This document shows, piece by piece, positions 40,682-54,896 of a DNA stretch of 64,000 nucleotides; the stretch's first letter is position 1, and the number at the start of each line of letters is the position of its first letter. Below the pieces are notes generated by a model, which was not told the DNA's origin, did no database searches, and saw nothing but the letters and a program-made list of their open reading frames with translations. Where the stretch lies: assembly GCF_006345805.1 (NCBI RefSeq), contig NW_021832276.1, positions 11,797-75,796 on the forward strand, read 5' to 3'. Made by a program: the position numbers and the translations under genes. The DNA is from Octopus sinensis. Lineage: Eukaryota.

Positions 40682-41895
40682 CGAAATCTGCCTTTCAGCT
40701 CCTGACCCTCGTCGTGTTAACTCGTTGTTCTTCGTCCGCCGCTTTAAAGGCTTTTTCCAATGCGCCAGAGAAAAAATGGTTTGCTTGTTATCAGCGTAGA
40801 CACTTGTTGTTTTCACGTTAATGCTTCTGTATTCATGTTTCTGTATTCCATTATTGTTTTGTTTTTTTTATATCTGTCCCTTTGCTGTCCTGGTGTTCGT
40901 ATGCATTCGATCCTTCTTCCAGGAAATTAGCTTCCAGCTTAGTTTTCTTGGAGGGCTGGCCGTGATCTAGTAATCTCAAGATTAATCAGCCGAAAATAAC
41001 TACGATGATCCGGTTCTTGACTGAAGACTGAGGGGTTCGAATGTCCTGTCCATGTTTATCGTATGTCTTCTATGAGTTATACGTTCTGTCCATGTTGTAT
41101 TTTTCTACATACCTTAAATATATTCCAGGCGCCCCGTACCCCCTTTATCATTAATGTGACACATATCTTAATAATTGTACGACTCTCTGTTTGTCTCTCT
41201 CTCTCTCTCATTTTACTTTCTCTCTATTCATCTTCTTTTCTCTGATCCTTTGGTCTAGTCTTCCACTACCCTCCTATTTCTTTGTCTCGCTCTGCACTCA
41301 CAGGTCACTTCGACACCCATCCCTTCTCCTCTGCTGATTCCTTCTTTTCTCTCTTCTCTTCTTTGTTGGTTTTGTCCCCCTTTTTCTCTTCTCTCTCTTC
41401 TTTGCTTCTCTTTCTTTTCTTTCCCTCTTCTCTGTCACGTGACTGTTGGCCGAAATCTGCCTTTCAGCTCCTGACACTGTCGTGTTAACTCGGTGTTTCT
41501 TCGTCCGCCGCTATAAAGGCTTTTTCCAATGCGCCAGAGAAAAAATTGTTTGCTTGTTATCAGTCGTAAGACACTTGTTGTTTTCACCGTTAATGCTTCT
41601 GTATTTCATGTTTCTGTATTCCATTATTGTTTTTTGTTTTTTTTTATATCTGTCCCTTTGCTGTCCTGGTGTTCGTATGCATTCGATCCTTCTTCCAGGA
41701 AATCTACGCTTCCAGCTTAGTTTTCTTGGAGGGCTGGCCGTGATCTAGTAATCTCAAGATTAATCAGCCGAAATTACTACGATGATCCGGTTCTTGACTG
41801 AGACTGGGGGTTCGAATGTCCTGTCCATGTTTTATGTTCGTCTTCTATGAGTTATACGTTCTTGTCCATGTTGTATTTTTCTACATACCTTAATA
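40682..41895 (+). repeat. direct duplication of ~440 bp (40682-41117 and 41451-41894) of an unclassified element flanked by (TA)n
   Basis: Both copies run CGAAATCTGCCTTTCAGCTCC...TTCTACATACCTTAA and differ by many 1-nt indels. Confidence 0.92.
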
Positions 41896-41939
41896 TATAT
41901 ATATATATATTATATAATATATATATATATATAATAAAT

Positions 41940-42176
41940 ATTAGGGAATGAACCAAAATTACAGGGAAAAATCAGATTTAGGGTTAAATCCAATTTTATA
42001 GTAAAATATTATATAATATAATCGAGACAAAACCACTATTTTAAAACCAAACAAGGAAAGATTAATCAATTACATAAAATTGTAATAATATTAATTTATA
42101 TTAAAATGTTATGTATTGATTAAGTCTTTCCTTGTTTGGTTTTAAAATAGTGGTTTTGTCTGAATTATATTATATA
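41940..42176. mobile_element. inverted pair of element tails (arms 42010-42082 and 42104-42176) inside (TA)n
   Basis: AGACAAAACCACTATTTTAAAACCAAACAAGGAAAGA vs TCTTTCCTTGTTTGGTTTTAAAATAGTGGTTTTGTCT; same tail as follows the 14371 hammerhead. Confidence 0.85.
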
Positions 42177-42186
42177 GATATATATA

Positions 42187-42235
<49 letters not shown>

Positions 42236-42294
42236 AATGAGTGTGGTATTTGTGTCTGTGTATGTATGTGTTGGTAATATATTCGTCATTGAGT

Positions 42295-42405
42295 GGGCTG
42301 GAGCAACGTGAAAGGCAGTGTTTTAATCAAGAACATGATGCATCCGGTTCAGGAATCGGAACATCAATCTTATGATCATGAGCCCGACACCCTAACACAA
42401 AGACA
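42295..42405 (-). mobile_element. degenerate SINE head fragment
   Basis: GGGCTGGAGCAACGTGAAA...CAAGAACA...CAGGAATCGGAAC...CACCCTAAC reads as a reversed tRNA-like A/B box head. Confidence 0.55.
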
Positions 42406-43021
42406 TCTGGTTCCACTCACTGTATGTGCATATATACATACATGAACATCACACACACGCATGTTTGTGTGTGTGTGTTTGTGTGTAATAAAGTTAGTGA
42501 AGTTTTCAGAAGACTACGCTTCACTGATGAGGTTTAATAACAGGGAAGCATTTCCTTTGTTGTGACCTTATCCGCTAACAGACGTGTGAATGTACGTCGT
42601 TGTAGAAACTTATTTAGTAGTCAATGCCTTAGTGAAAGGTATTTCTTGCTCATGGAAACAGGAATGTCTATAATTAAATATTGAATAGAGGTTGAGCTCG
42701 TTACAGGCCTAAGTATAGCTTCTGCTCAATGGAGCTGTTTTTGTGAATCACACATACTATTGACGTTGTCGCAGGAACTGTTTACAAGAACAGACAGACA
42801 AAAATCATACAAATCGTATTTCAGGGTTTTAAAAAGGGGGAGAGCGACATAATATATCCAGAACAACGTATACGAGGGAAAACATGGGCTTAAACAATGA
42901 ACGTTCAGCGCTAGAATAGTTTTGTTAGTTAATCACGGCTCGTACACGCCAGCAAACCGCCACCATTTTCCCACCACCACCACCAGCAACAACAACAACA
43001 ACAGCAGCAACAACAACGAAT

Positions 43022-43198
43022 CGTTTACTCTTTGTACTTATTCTATCGGTCTCTTTGGCCAAACCGCTAAGTTATGGGGACGTAAACCACATCAGTTGTC
43101 AGCGATGCTGGGGAACAAACACAGACACACAAACACACACACATACACACACACATACACCACACAACACACACACACCCACCACACACCACACCACA

Positions 43199-43234
<36 letters not shown>

Positions 43235-43399
43235 GACGGGCTTCTTTCAGTTTCCGTCTACCAAATCCACTCATAAGGCTTCGGTCGGGGCTCGAGACTA
43301 TAGCAGAAGACACTTGTCCAAGGTGCCATGCAGTGGGACTGAACCTAAAACCATGTGGTTAGTAAGCAAGCTACTTAGCACACAGCCACTCCTACGCCT
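43022..43399 (-). mobile_element. SINE family B
   Basis: GACGGGCTTCTTTCAGTTTCCGTCTACCAAATCCACTCA...GCAGTGGGACTGAACC...CACAGCCACTCCT. Confidence 0.9.
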
Positions 43400-44519
43400 A
43401 AAACAATTATAGCACAAACTACATTAGAAGCAATATGAAGGATGTGTAAGTGGTAGGTCGAATTCTATGAAATAGTAGCAAAATCACTAAACGTTAGACA
43501 TCACTCTCAAGAATAGAAAACAAGCGCTGCAGTTAGCAAAACAAGGAACACAGGATGTATTGTAATGTCTTAGACCAAAAGTTTTATTGACCAATGGTGA
43601 CTCAGAGGCAAATTACACCAAGAACGAAGCTGCTATTAATGTGAAAAATAAAAATATATCATCTGTTTCTATTGATTAATTCAGCCCTCAACACATTAAG
43701 TACATATGCTTTCTGTCTGTCTGTCTGTCTCTCTCTCTCACTCTCTTTCTCTCATCCTACTATCTCACTCCACAGCTTTTGTTTTCACACTTGCTCAGCA
43801 TCCTGTTTCGGTTAATGTCATTAGTACTGCACTCACACATACCATCAGGCGACTCCAGCAGCAATGCGTGTTCGCTAAGAGAACATGTTATGCAACCGAC
43901 CATTCCGGCACGTCATTTATGCATTAAATCGTACACAGAACAGATCATTCTCATATATACATACATATATGCATGCATACATACATATGTACACACATAC
44001 ATACACACACGCATGTATGTGTGTGGGTGTACGTGTGTATGTATGTGTGTATATGTATGTTAAAACTTATTGGTTCTCAATATTACAGCCTTTATCAAAC
44101 CTATTCAACAGCATAGTTTATTATCTTTCATATAGAACAATAGATCTATAAAGCGATCTATAAGTATGTGTATATGCGTGCGTATGTGTATGAACGTGCG
44201 TACCGTAATGTTTTAACGCTTAATCAATAACCTATCAGTACTTCCGTCCTTTTTTCTATTAGAAATGATGGACGGTAAGACATTTATAGAGCATATTGTG
44301 CAAGTAAGCTGCAATATAAGACTGCGTATATATATATATATATATATGCACATATATATATACATATATACATATATACATATATATATATGTATATGTG
44401 TGCATGTATGTATGTATATATATATAGATATATATATGGATATCTACATTATATATATATATTATATATATATATGCATATATTATATATATATATAATA
44501 TATATATATATATTATATA

Positions 44520-44586
<67 letters not shown>

Positions 44587-44597
44587 ATATATATAAC

Positions 44598-44787
44598 ATG
44601 CCCTAAACACTGGACCATTGCGCCCAGTGGTTAGGGCAGCGGTCGTAGGATCGCGGTTCGAATTCCCAGACCGAGGCTCCGGCAAGGTGGAGGGTCGATC
44701 CCTGCTGTACTTTTTCGCCTCACTCTTTCTTCTATTGGCCTGCTCGCTGGCATCATTTGAAGGCTATAACAATATCACAGGATCACA

Positions 44788-44790
<3 letters not shown>
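44598..44790 (+). mobile_element. SINE family C, internally deleted, with fold-back 5' end
   Basis: GCCCTAAACACTGG-ACCATTGCGC-CCAGTGGTTAGGGC then GGTCGTAGGATCGCGGTTCGAATTCCCAGACCG, homologous to 16340-16640. Confidence 0.85.
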
Positions 44791-44821
<31 letters not shown>

Positions 44822-45216
44822 GTCAATTTCCGGACCTTATCCGAAGAGATTTGCTCTAGGTAACAATACAAATCAGTACAACACGTGTCAATGGTCGTGC
44901 TGTCTGCAATTAACTAACTGCAAGAAAAGTCACCCATCATACTTGCACATGCTGAGGCGGGTTTTCTGTGGGGTACACATTCCAGAAAGAAAAAATTACA
45001 CCTTTCAAATGCCGGTTGAAATAATATCAGACTTTGTTAAAATCTGCAATGTTGCTTCTGGGTATTCCGCCTTTCTGATTTTTTTCTTATATTCATATAT
45101 TTATAGTCCCAAAAATATACCCGGGATGCGTTGTACACCCACATACACAACACACACATATATATACACACACGTATATATACATATATATATATGCATA
45201 TATATACATATATATG

Positions 45217-45272
<56 letters not shown>

Positions 45273-45406
45273 CGTATGTAATGTATTAGGTTAGTATTAT
45301 AAAATGTATCTCTTAAAACCGTAGTCAGTACTGCATTAACTTTGGTTAAGAAGATATCTACACATACAAATGCATATACATACATATAAATACATAGTTG
45401 CACACA

Positions 45407-45470
<64 letters not shown>

Positions 45471-47713
45471 CAACAAAAAACCTCTAATGGATTTGTTTAC
45501 GTGTGCACAGTGAGCACAGTAAATATTCTCCTATTCATTAATTATCCTTTATTTCTATGATGCACGTTTTTATCGATAAATGTAATCTTAAGCACAATTT
45601 TAATTGAAACACGTCCTCTATCATGCATCCTTGACATTTCCAGGTGGTATATTCTACTTAAGGTTATTGACCATCCCACTTTTAATGATGTTTACTCTTA
45701 ATTAAATTTAAAGAAACTTATCCTTAATACTTTTATTCTATGTATATTGTGTTTCAGTTGATTTCAAATACACTTTTTCGTATTCTTTCAAATTAACATA
45801 CTTTTTATTCGTCGCATTTTACTCACATTCTCATTCAGTGTAGCAAGTAAATATTAGAACAGACACTATACTAAAATGTTGCAAATTAGTGTCATTTTCA
45901 ATTTATAGTTGAATTATTTCATTCTAATTTTATCGCAGATGACTTCCAGATGGCACTAAATTTACAAAATCATGTTTTCTCCTAAGGTTATGGGAGTCTA
46001 TGCCTAACAGATCCGACCAGAATTTCTGTCACAATTACAGTGTAGTGTCTACTAATAGAAGCAGCAGGCCGCAACATCATTTTGATAATTGCTTAAAATT
46101 GTTTCATTTAGTTTTCATTATAAAAGCTATTTTAACCACTTATAAATAAATCCCAAATCCCATTGTACTTGCATTTATAATATTGGTAATGCGCCAGTGA
46201 AAGGACATTTCAACGAAGGGTCCTTTATGTTGTCATTTCACCATCTAAAAAACCTACCAAACCAGCCTCAAATCATATCCTACTGCCTTAAAAAGAAGAA
46301 AGGACACATTAGGCAGCGTATTCCTTCACATCCCTAAAAGGAAAGAGCGATAACAGCTGAAATGCATTTGACCATAGAGTTGTTCAATCGTAGACGAGGT
46401 GATCTAAACAATGATAACAAACAACAGTTGTCATTTTGGACCTCGTGAAAAGAACCCCGTGTTCATAGGATTAAGTAATTGTTTCACATTGACACATGTA
46501 TTTTGTAAGGGAGGCAGGTTCATTTCGCCAAGGTGTTAAATTTATAATTTCCCTTCGTTCGAATGACATGTGTTATATTATTAATCTTTGTCTCATACAA
46601 TGTACAGGAATTAATTGCAAATGTAAACACTAAGGGATTTGTAGAGGAGCAATTTTAAATACCTAAAGAAAACATTGTATGCTTGGCACGACATAACGCT
46701 CGAGTAATTATCCTAAAGATGAACTCAGTACCTCGTTGAAATTGCTTTAGTATTAACATTTAACTGTTCCATATTTGATACAAGGAAAATAGCAGCTTAC
46801 TGTAGTTGATGCAATGCGATGACACAATTTTTCTCTTTCAATAACAGATGCTGTAACTATGTGGTTAATATATGTCATTCATTTTAAACTGACTAGTATT
46901 GCAGTCGCAAATAAAGTTGTTGTTGTGTTTTTTGTGTGTGTGTGGATAATGAAGGTAACTAAGTAAATGATAATTGGCTTCCTTCCAAAGAAAGCTGAGT
47001 TTTAGTTAATCATTGCTAGAAAAGGATTAAATTTATTTGTTAAATACAAAGAAATTTACTTTGAAAAAGAATTGTCAAAATTTACTTCCAAAAACAAATA
47101 AATATATCTTTAAAAGAAAAAAAAACTACCAATAATATATCTTTGAATAAAATAAATAAAGTTTTAATTTGAATCAAAGAAGATTCCAGCTTGAATTCAC
47201 AGGAGTATGCTTCGTTTCCATCACCCTACAACACCCACGCCTAACCTCAGAGCTACCTTAACGATTGAGAGCTTTTCAATTTCAATTTTTACATTTATTT
47301 CCAAGAAATGTTCTTAATTTGCATGATAAATTGTAGTTTTTATGGTAAATCACTTCTTTTCCTAAAGCTCACATCATCTGCAACTGTTAACCGTTGTTTT
47401 TCATGGTAATTTCTTCTGTTCTCACTACCCTACAGATATATTAGCTTTCATACGCATGTTATTTTACAACAAATTGATTTTCCTTTTCTTGTACATTTGA
47501 ATCTAGCTTTATGCTCGATTGTTTTATGAATGATTAACATCAGACTTGTAAGTAGAACACCTCATAGGAAAAGTAGTTTCTTGTAAGAATTGTTTAGAAT
47601 TTGCTGAATTCCTACTTCACTTGGTGTTTCAATATGTAAGTTGTGTCGATCAAGCCATGGTCTGATAATCTTCATCATTGATTTTTTGTGTGTATGCATA
47701 TAAATATATATAC

Positions 47714-47744
<31 letters not shown>

Positions 47745-48369
47745 CATGTACCTCCACAGAAAGTTTTAAGTAACCATATATAAGACATAAACAGTTTGCG
47801 TAGGTGTCCAGAATAGATCTGGCTTCTGGCAAGAAAGTGACACTTCAAGTCATTCAGAGAAATTAAAATATGAGCTGGTGTAAAACATAGACACAAAAGA
47901 TTATAATTATGCGACGCAGACCGTATTATCTCATAGGTCTAGATATACAAGATCTTGTGATGTGTGAGCAAGTTCTGAGTTTCAATAATCAGTTTGAACT
48001 ATTTCATTCTATGAAAGATTTTCATATTGGAAAGGCAAGTTGCAGAGGAGAATTTCTCAGCACGGGTCTTGGAAGCTCTGTGCATGTTATTTCATTTCGA
48101 AACTGTGACCATTTTATTTCTTCTATTCAACAATAATGTCAGTGCAAATGCTCAAGTATAGCACGCTCTTTCATCACATGTAACCATTTTTTGACATATG
48201 TTGACGAAAGTATTATGAGACTAGCTAACTGAGGGCCGTAGAGTATAACACACACACTCATTAACAGCCATAACCAACTCCTTTTTATACACTCAGATTC
48301 CCAATCTGTTTCACAATGTCATGAAAATAACATTTTCCAATATCCCCTCGTACTAGAAAATAAAAAAAT

Positions 48370-48700
48370 CAATAACCTCCCCGTGATTAAAATCCCGTTC
48401 ATTACAACTTCTTTATAAATGACTATTGTCCATACCTGTGTTCTATATTGCTGATAATGACATGTTAATTAGCTCCAGGCTTTCATTTATGAGCACTGAG
48501 AATTTTCAACGTTAATGGAAACAGAGTTTATTTCTCTGTAGTCGTATGCAAAAGGCAATGGGAAAGAAGGAAATTTCCAGTCTCATTTGTATTTGTTTCC
48601 TGTTTATGTGAATGAATGCATCCTACAAATCCTATTAATTTGTCTTCATCTCGTGTAACAATTGCATCACATTTGAACAGAAGTCGTCTTTCTAATGTGA
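48370..48700 (-). mobile_element. possible hAT transposase relic
   Basis: FLLSHCLLH resembles the hAT HCxxH motif; downstream YG / IYKEV / SRG resembles YG.L.YHTEVRWLSRG; heavily decayed. Confidence 0.35.
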
Positions 48701-50076
48701 GGTAATATAAAGATACGTACGTCATTCGTAGCATGTATAATCTAAATAGTTATTGTGCCATCATATAGTACCTGTTTGCAGAATGTTACACTTGGCTTTT
48801 TTAGAATAAAATATTCTGTAGCCCTCCTAATGATATACCAAAGCCGTACAATTTGTGCTGGCTGCAGCTTTCTATAGTTATATAATATATAATTACATAA
48901 TGTTCTTTGAAATGTATAACTTTTACTGCAGTCATATACGCCATCATCTCTCCTTTAATGATCTCTGTATTCATAAATATGTCAATAATTAAAACAATTC
49001 TAAAGACAGCATTTTTATATTTTCCTTAGTTGAACCGAATTTTTTTCCTTTCAATTCATATAATTTATTTCAACTCAAACGTTTGTAACAACAACGTTTT
49101 GCAATTAATAACTCTAAAGTTTGGACATGTTAATGGAAACATTTTTAACCAAAAAGTACTTCCCTTCACATATAGTTTCGTCTTAATTCCCATGACGATC
49201 TTATTTTCAACTTCTCAGTGGTAGCTTTTTCTTTATAGCTTAAATTTCCGTACCGTATAACATATAGAAATTAAATTATCACCCATAAATTACCACAGTG
49301 AAATTATGTAAAGTAAACTTGACAGATTAAATATTCACAACCAATTTTTAACGGCTGTTTGATTTAGTTGATAATCAATATATCTGCTGCAAAGTGGTTT
49401 CTTGGGTTTATTAAGTGGCATACTAAAAGCGAAAATAGAAATTCTTCTAAACAAAAATATGTGAAATTATTTCACTCCCCATTAAAAATTTTCTTCATGT
49501 ACAATCCTCTTCCATATAGTTTTTTCTTCTCTTGATTTTAGATTTTTCATGATTTCAATTCCCTATAGTCCGTGTCTACATCCTACCTCACTCCCGTTTT
49601 CTGTCACCCTAGTTGTTTTAGCTCTTTATTTTTAATCTATTCTTTATGGTTATTATCAAATGCCTTATCTTCCATATCAGACTCTTCTTTGCAATGACAG
49701 TCGATCATAATTCATTATGGTTTGTATTGATTTATAGCAGAAACATATGCAGTCTGACATATTTCCTCACACACACAAATAATCAGTATTACATACATAT
49801 GCACACTCAAACAGCGACACACTCACACAGCAAAATTATTCAAATAAATTTTTACTTTTTCTTATGTTGGATAATGGCAAATACGGTATCAGAGTACATC
49901 AAACGAGCTAAAAGTTTGCAACAAATACAACGCTGCCACACCACAGTTGTTCCAAGTATTCAGTTCTTATTTCCAGCATATTATCTTTACGCGACTTACA
50001 AAATTAATGATCCTAGCTTGTGGCCTAAGAAGTGATGCCTTGACAAAACAGAAGTATCATATATTAATTAGTGCTA

Positions 50077-50285
50077 TGGCGGTGAGCTGGCAGAATTGTA
50101 GCGTGCGGATCAAAATGCTTAGTGATATTTCATCCGTCCTTTACGTTCTACATTTAAATTCCGCTGAGGTCGACTTTGCCTTTCATATCTCGGACTCAGT
50201 AAAATAATAACCAGGTACGCATTGGGATCTAGATGATCATCTAGCACATTCACCCGAAATTTCATGTTTTGGGCCAATTACAAAA
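50077..50285 (+). mobile_element. SINE family A, diverged
   Basis: GGCGGTGAGCTGGCAGAAT...AAATTCCGCTGAGGTCGACTTTGCCTTTCAT. Confidence 0.85.
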
Positions 50286-52486
50286 AGGACATTGACTTAG
50301 TCTATACTTAATATTAACCGTATGTAAACGTAAGATAATCTCCCAAAAGGTCGGGCCTGCAAGATGGTTCCCATTCACAGTTTAAGTCAAATCAGTTTTC
50401 TTAATTTGAAGTACATTAAGGGGAAGTATGTTTATTACGAGGAACCTTTCTGTTATATCAAAATAAGGTATTTGTTATGTCTATTTTACATCTGTTTTCT
50501 TACAAAGGACGGAGAACTGACAGAAAGTGGGGAACAGCCAACGAAATTTATTGTTTTCTGTATCATTGCAAGTTAAAATACTGCTAAGGGTAAATATATC
50601 AACTAAACCATCTAATTCTATGAAATAAATGGCTAGAAGAGGTATAAGGTAAAATGGGTAGGTAGGTCAAAATAAGTCATTTCTGAGTTCCTTACTCTTT
50701 ACTTGTTTGCAACTATTACAATACACCTTTGGTATCATCATTTTGTACAGCTGCATCTTCTTTGTGAGTACAGATTGTTTAGCATTGTCGTTACTGCTGA
50801 AATTGAGAGACTTTGAAATATAGTCAGGTGACAAGTACTTTTATCGGGAAATTTTTCCTCTATTTTGACCCGATATTCACTGTTTCATTCCAAGTCAATT
50901 TATGTTCTCAGGAATATCTAATTTAATATATTTCAATTTACAGCTGTCTAAAGCAGCCAAAATGACTAATATCAAATTTCAATAATTTTTTCTCTTGCAC
51001 AGCTTGGTGCTTGGCTATATCAGGAAGAGAGCCATTCTAAAACATCGTGAAGCCACCCCAACAGGTCAAAATTTCAGATTTAGAAAATTTTCATATCATG
51101 TGCCATTTTTCTGTGATTCTCTTTCATTTGACCAAGATATTTTTTCAACCTTTGTTGCATTTCTGATCTTTTTGATATCTAAGGATGGATATTAATATAT
51201 ACGAGTCTTTTACGAATATAATTCTGGAGAACTGAAAAAAGCAAATTTACTTTAATTTGTCTTATTCATTTTTCTCTACTCACATTTGTCTTTTATATGC
51301 TCAAAGAGAAAATAGGATCCTTTTCTGAGTGTTCTGAATGTTACAGTATGTTTAGTGGATTTAGAGGTCATTTGCTTAACTGATATAGATTTCGTCAAGT
51401 AGTGAACATTTGTAATTTTCTTTCATCAACAAAAAAAACCTGCAAATATTACTCTTACATTTAATCAAATTTTAATATTATCAGACACATTAAGTTCTTC
51501 TTTTCGCTTAAAGGAAGTTGCATGCCTCTCTCTGTGTATGCCAAATGTAACCCATATTTTACATTTATTTACTAATTAAGCGAAACTTTTAATTCGCTAT
51601 TTGTTATATTAATCCCTTACTGTCGATTTTACATTGGAGCCTTTGTGCTTGAAAAATTACCATTTCTTGTCATTCAACGTATTCGATATACATGAGTGAA
51701 TCAGTTGATAGGGGGTTACATTTTATCTGTTTGCTCCGAAACAGATACCACACAAATACAAAAGAAAAAGAAAATTAAAGAACAGGCTTTCCTATTGGCT
51801 TGGAAATTTTCAATAGTTCAGCGGTGCGGAATAGTTTCAAACATGTCATAAATGCACAGCTCACGGCAAGTCATTATTTACTGTCTAACGAAAAGGAATA
51901 GCAAAATAAGAGACTTTGCAATCTTCTTTTTTCTTCTTCCTTTTCTTGTGCAATAAAAAGATCGAAATTAATGGAACTGTCTGATTTTGAAAAAAGAAAT
52001 CATTTCTTTTTTAAATAAATCTAGAAATTACATTTCTGTGTTTCCCCAGTTTCATTTGTTTTTGCATTGCTACAATTCCAATTTCAATAAAGACTTCAAT
52101 TACAAAATCTTACGAAATTTTGCCAATGTTACTTCTGAATGTTATTATTTATTCAAAACTGAAATAGATCCTCTGGCTAATTAATAATATCGTATTAGAT
52201 GTTTCCAACAAGAACTTTCGAAAAAGTTTCCGATCTCGCAATTGCATTTTCTATTTCTTTATTTAAATACTTGTTGTTATAGTATCTTTTTTATATTTTA
52301 ATTTTCATTCTCATTTTTTTTCTTTTAACATTTTTTGCTAGGAGTTTCTCGCTTTTGTTGTGTTTGTTCATTCAGCTGAAATTTCAGTTAATTTCGAAGT
52401 GAATTCTGTTATGTTTTAATCATGCGCACCATAATTCTCATCAGCACTCTAAGTATGTACGCATATATTATACTGGCGTATATATG

Positions 52487-52586
<100 letters not shown>

Positions 52587-52607
52587 ATATATGTGTATAT
52601 ATATATA

Positions 52608-52705
<98 letters not shown>

Positions 52706-53597
52706 TGTATGTATGTACGTACGTACGTACGTATGTATGTATGTATGATGGATGGATGTATATACATATATACATATGTATGTAGATATTCTTCTTCGTT
52801 TCTATCACTTTATTTTCTCTATAGTTGACTGTTTATAAATATAATAGCTTCCAGCGAAACGAACTAAACCAATCATAAAAATAAAGAATTATAAATGAAA
52901 ATTTTGCAATTATAAATATAATGAAAATGTCAGCATCACCACAGAATAGTTTATATATTTTGTAATATGTAGTGATCAAGTTAATTCACACTCTTAGAAC
53001 GCAAGACCCTTTGGGTTATTGACAATGAATGGAAATCCGTAAGTCATTGAATAGCTCTACCATAAATTAAAACCAACAATGTTTGATATCTCATTTGGGA
53101 TAACAAATATGCAATAACAAATTAACTGGAAAAAGCTTGTGGTTCTTATTCTGAAGGTGAGTGATCCATCAAGTCATAGCTTTCATCTTAGCTATTCATC
53201 CATTCTGGTAGTTTTAGAGAGACTACTAACTACCACAATGGGCAAATAGCAGCACTATCATAGACGTGTATAGGAATTTATAGGATAAGTATAGCTCCAG
53301 ATTTACACAGTTTGATATTGTAGATTTTTATTCCTTCATATCAAGGTCGTTGCTTGATAAGGCGATTGAAATTGCAAAAAAAGATATGCCAATAAAATAG
53401 GATTAACCATGTGAAGGATTAATTGAGGTGCAGGGCAGGTAATAAAAAAATCTGTTGGATTATTGTATTTCCACGGTACGAAACTATAGTAGCTTTTATT
53501 TTAATGCTGAGTATATGTGTGTGTTTGTGTGTGCGTGTGTTCTTAAACATACACACATATATATATGACAGGTGTATACTTTATATACAATATATAT

Positions 53598-53780
53598 AGT
53601 GAAATTTACAAAAAAAAAAAAAGACGAAGATGGGTGTGTAAACAACAAACAGATGTATTAGTTTAACGCTCAGGAAGTGAGAAAGTCTTTTACGTTTCAA
53701 GCCTAAGCTCTTCGACAGAATAGAACACAGAAATAAACAGGGAAAAAAATAATAAAAGGTTTAGTGGCTAGCGATCTATA
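53598..53780 (-). mobile_element. copy of the 40200-40446 family; hammerhead-like fold at 53686-53724
   Basis: Minus strand: TCTATT CTGTCGA A GAGC-TTAG-GCTT GAAA CG TA AAAGA, then CTAATACATCTGTTTG...CTTCGTCTTT. Confidence 0.7.
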
Positions 53781-53819
53781 TATGTCTTAATCTTAATTTT
53801 ACTTTCTCCCTCTTTCCAT

Positions 53820-54260
53820 AGAACCCCACACGACGAGAGATCTCCATAGAGCTAGGTCACAATCACTGCCATGAACCTACTTCCCTGTCAGGCGCATATG
53901 TGTCACGTCGTTTCCATTGTTTTTAACCAAATATCGTGAAAAGGTTGTCTCGCCTCCTGCGCTTTATCTCACTGGTTTTCCATTCCAGAAGCTGTCTCAT
54001 TAGTTTTTTGACGAGTATTCCTAACACATGTTCTATCATCTTCTGTCACCACACAATATATACGGATATCCCACAGTTTATTGACCTGGCCTATCCATGA
54101 TGTTTTCATTCGTGATACAGTGGCGGCATGATTTTCATGGTGTACTACGCTTTCGCAATTGGTTTACTGGGGGCGATATATTGATGTGAAGACACGGAAA
54201 TCCTCTTTGTCTTAAGTCTCTTGACTTCTGAAACAAGGTTGCTGGTGATAGGGCTTCAGC
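53820..54260 (-). mobile_element. RTE-like LINE 3' relic (duplicated at ~56010-56452)
   Basis: ITNENIMDR...KMIEHVLGILVKKLMRQLLEWKTSEIKRRRR resembles the RTE C-terminal N.E...W.GHV.R...KQ.L.W.P...R.RGRP region. Confidence 0.5.
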
Positions 54261-54562
54261 ATCATTTAACTACGCATTATTTACCGATTGAGAGAATCAC
54301 GACAAGATTGCCCGCCAGCATTTGAACTCTAACCTGAGGGACAGAAAACTAAAGGTAAACATTACACTCCATAACCTATGACTGACAATTCAGTGCGTGG
54401 TTGTTAAGTACTTATACGATGATGTAGGCGTATGCAATCACATACACATGAACACAAAGTCTTATATCCAGCAGGCACACACACACTCGCACACACATAC
54501 ACACACGTGCGTATGAGTGCGTGAGTGTTTATATATATATATATATATGTGTGTGTGTATAC

Positions 54563-54790
<228 letters not shown>

Positions 54791-54791
54791 A

Positions 54792-54896
<105 letters not shown>

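Noticed and set aside
47440-47690. Possible mariner relic on minus strand
   Set aside because: Only vague spacing similarity to HTH/WVP/ITGDE motifs
50696-50796. Candidate 101-nt minus-strand exon (SNDNAKQSVLTKKMQLYKMMIPKVYCNSCKQVK) with plausible splice sites
   Set aside because: Isolated, no partner exons or recognisable protein; needs RNA-seq or TBLASTN
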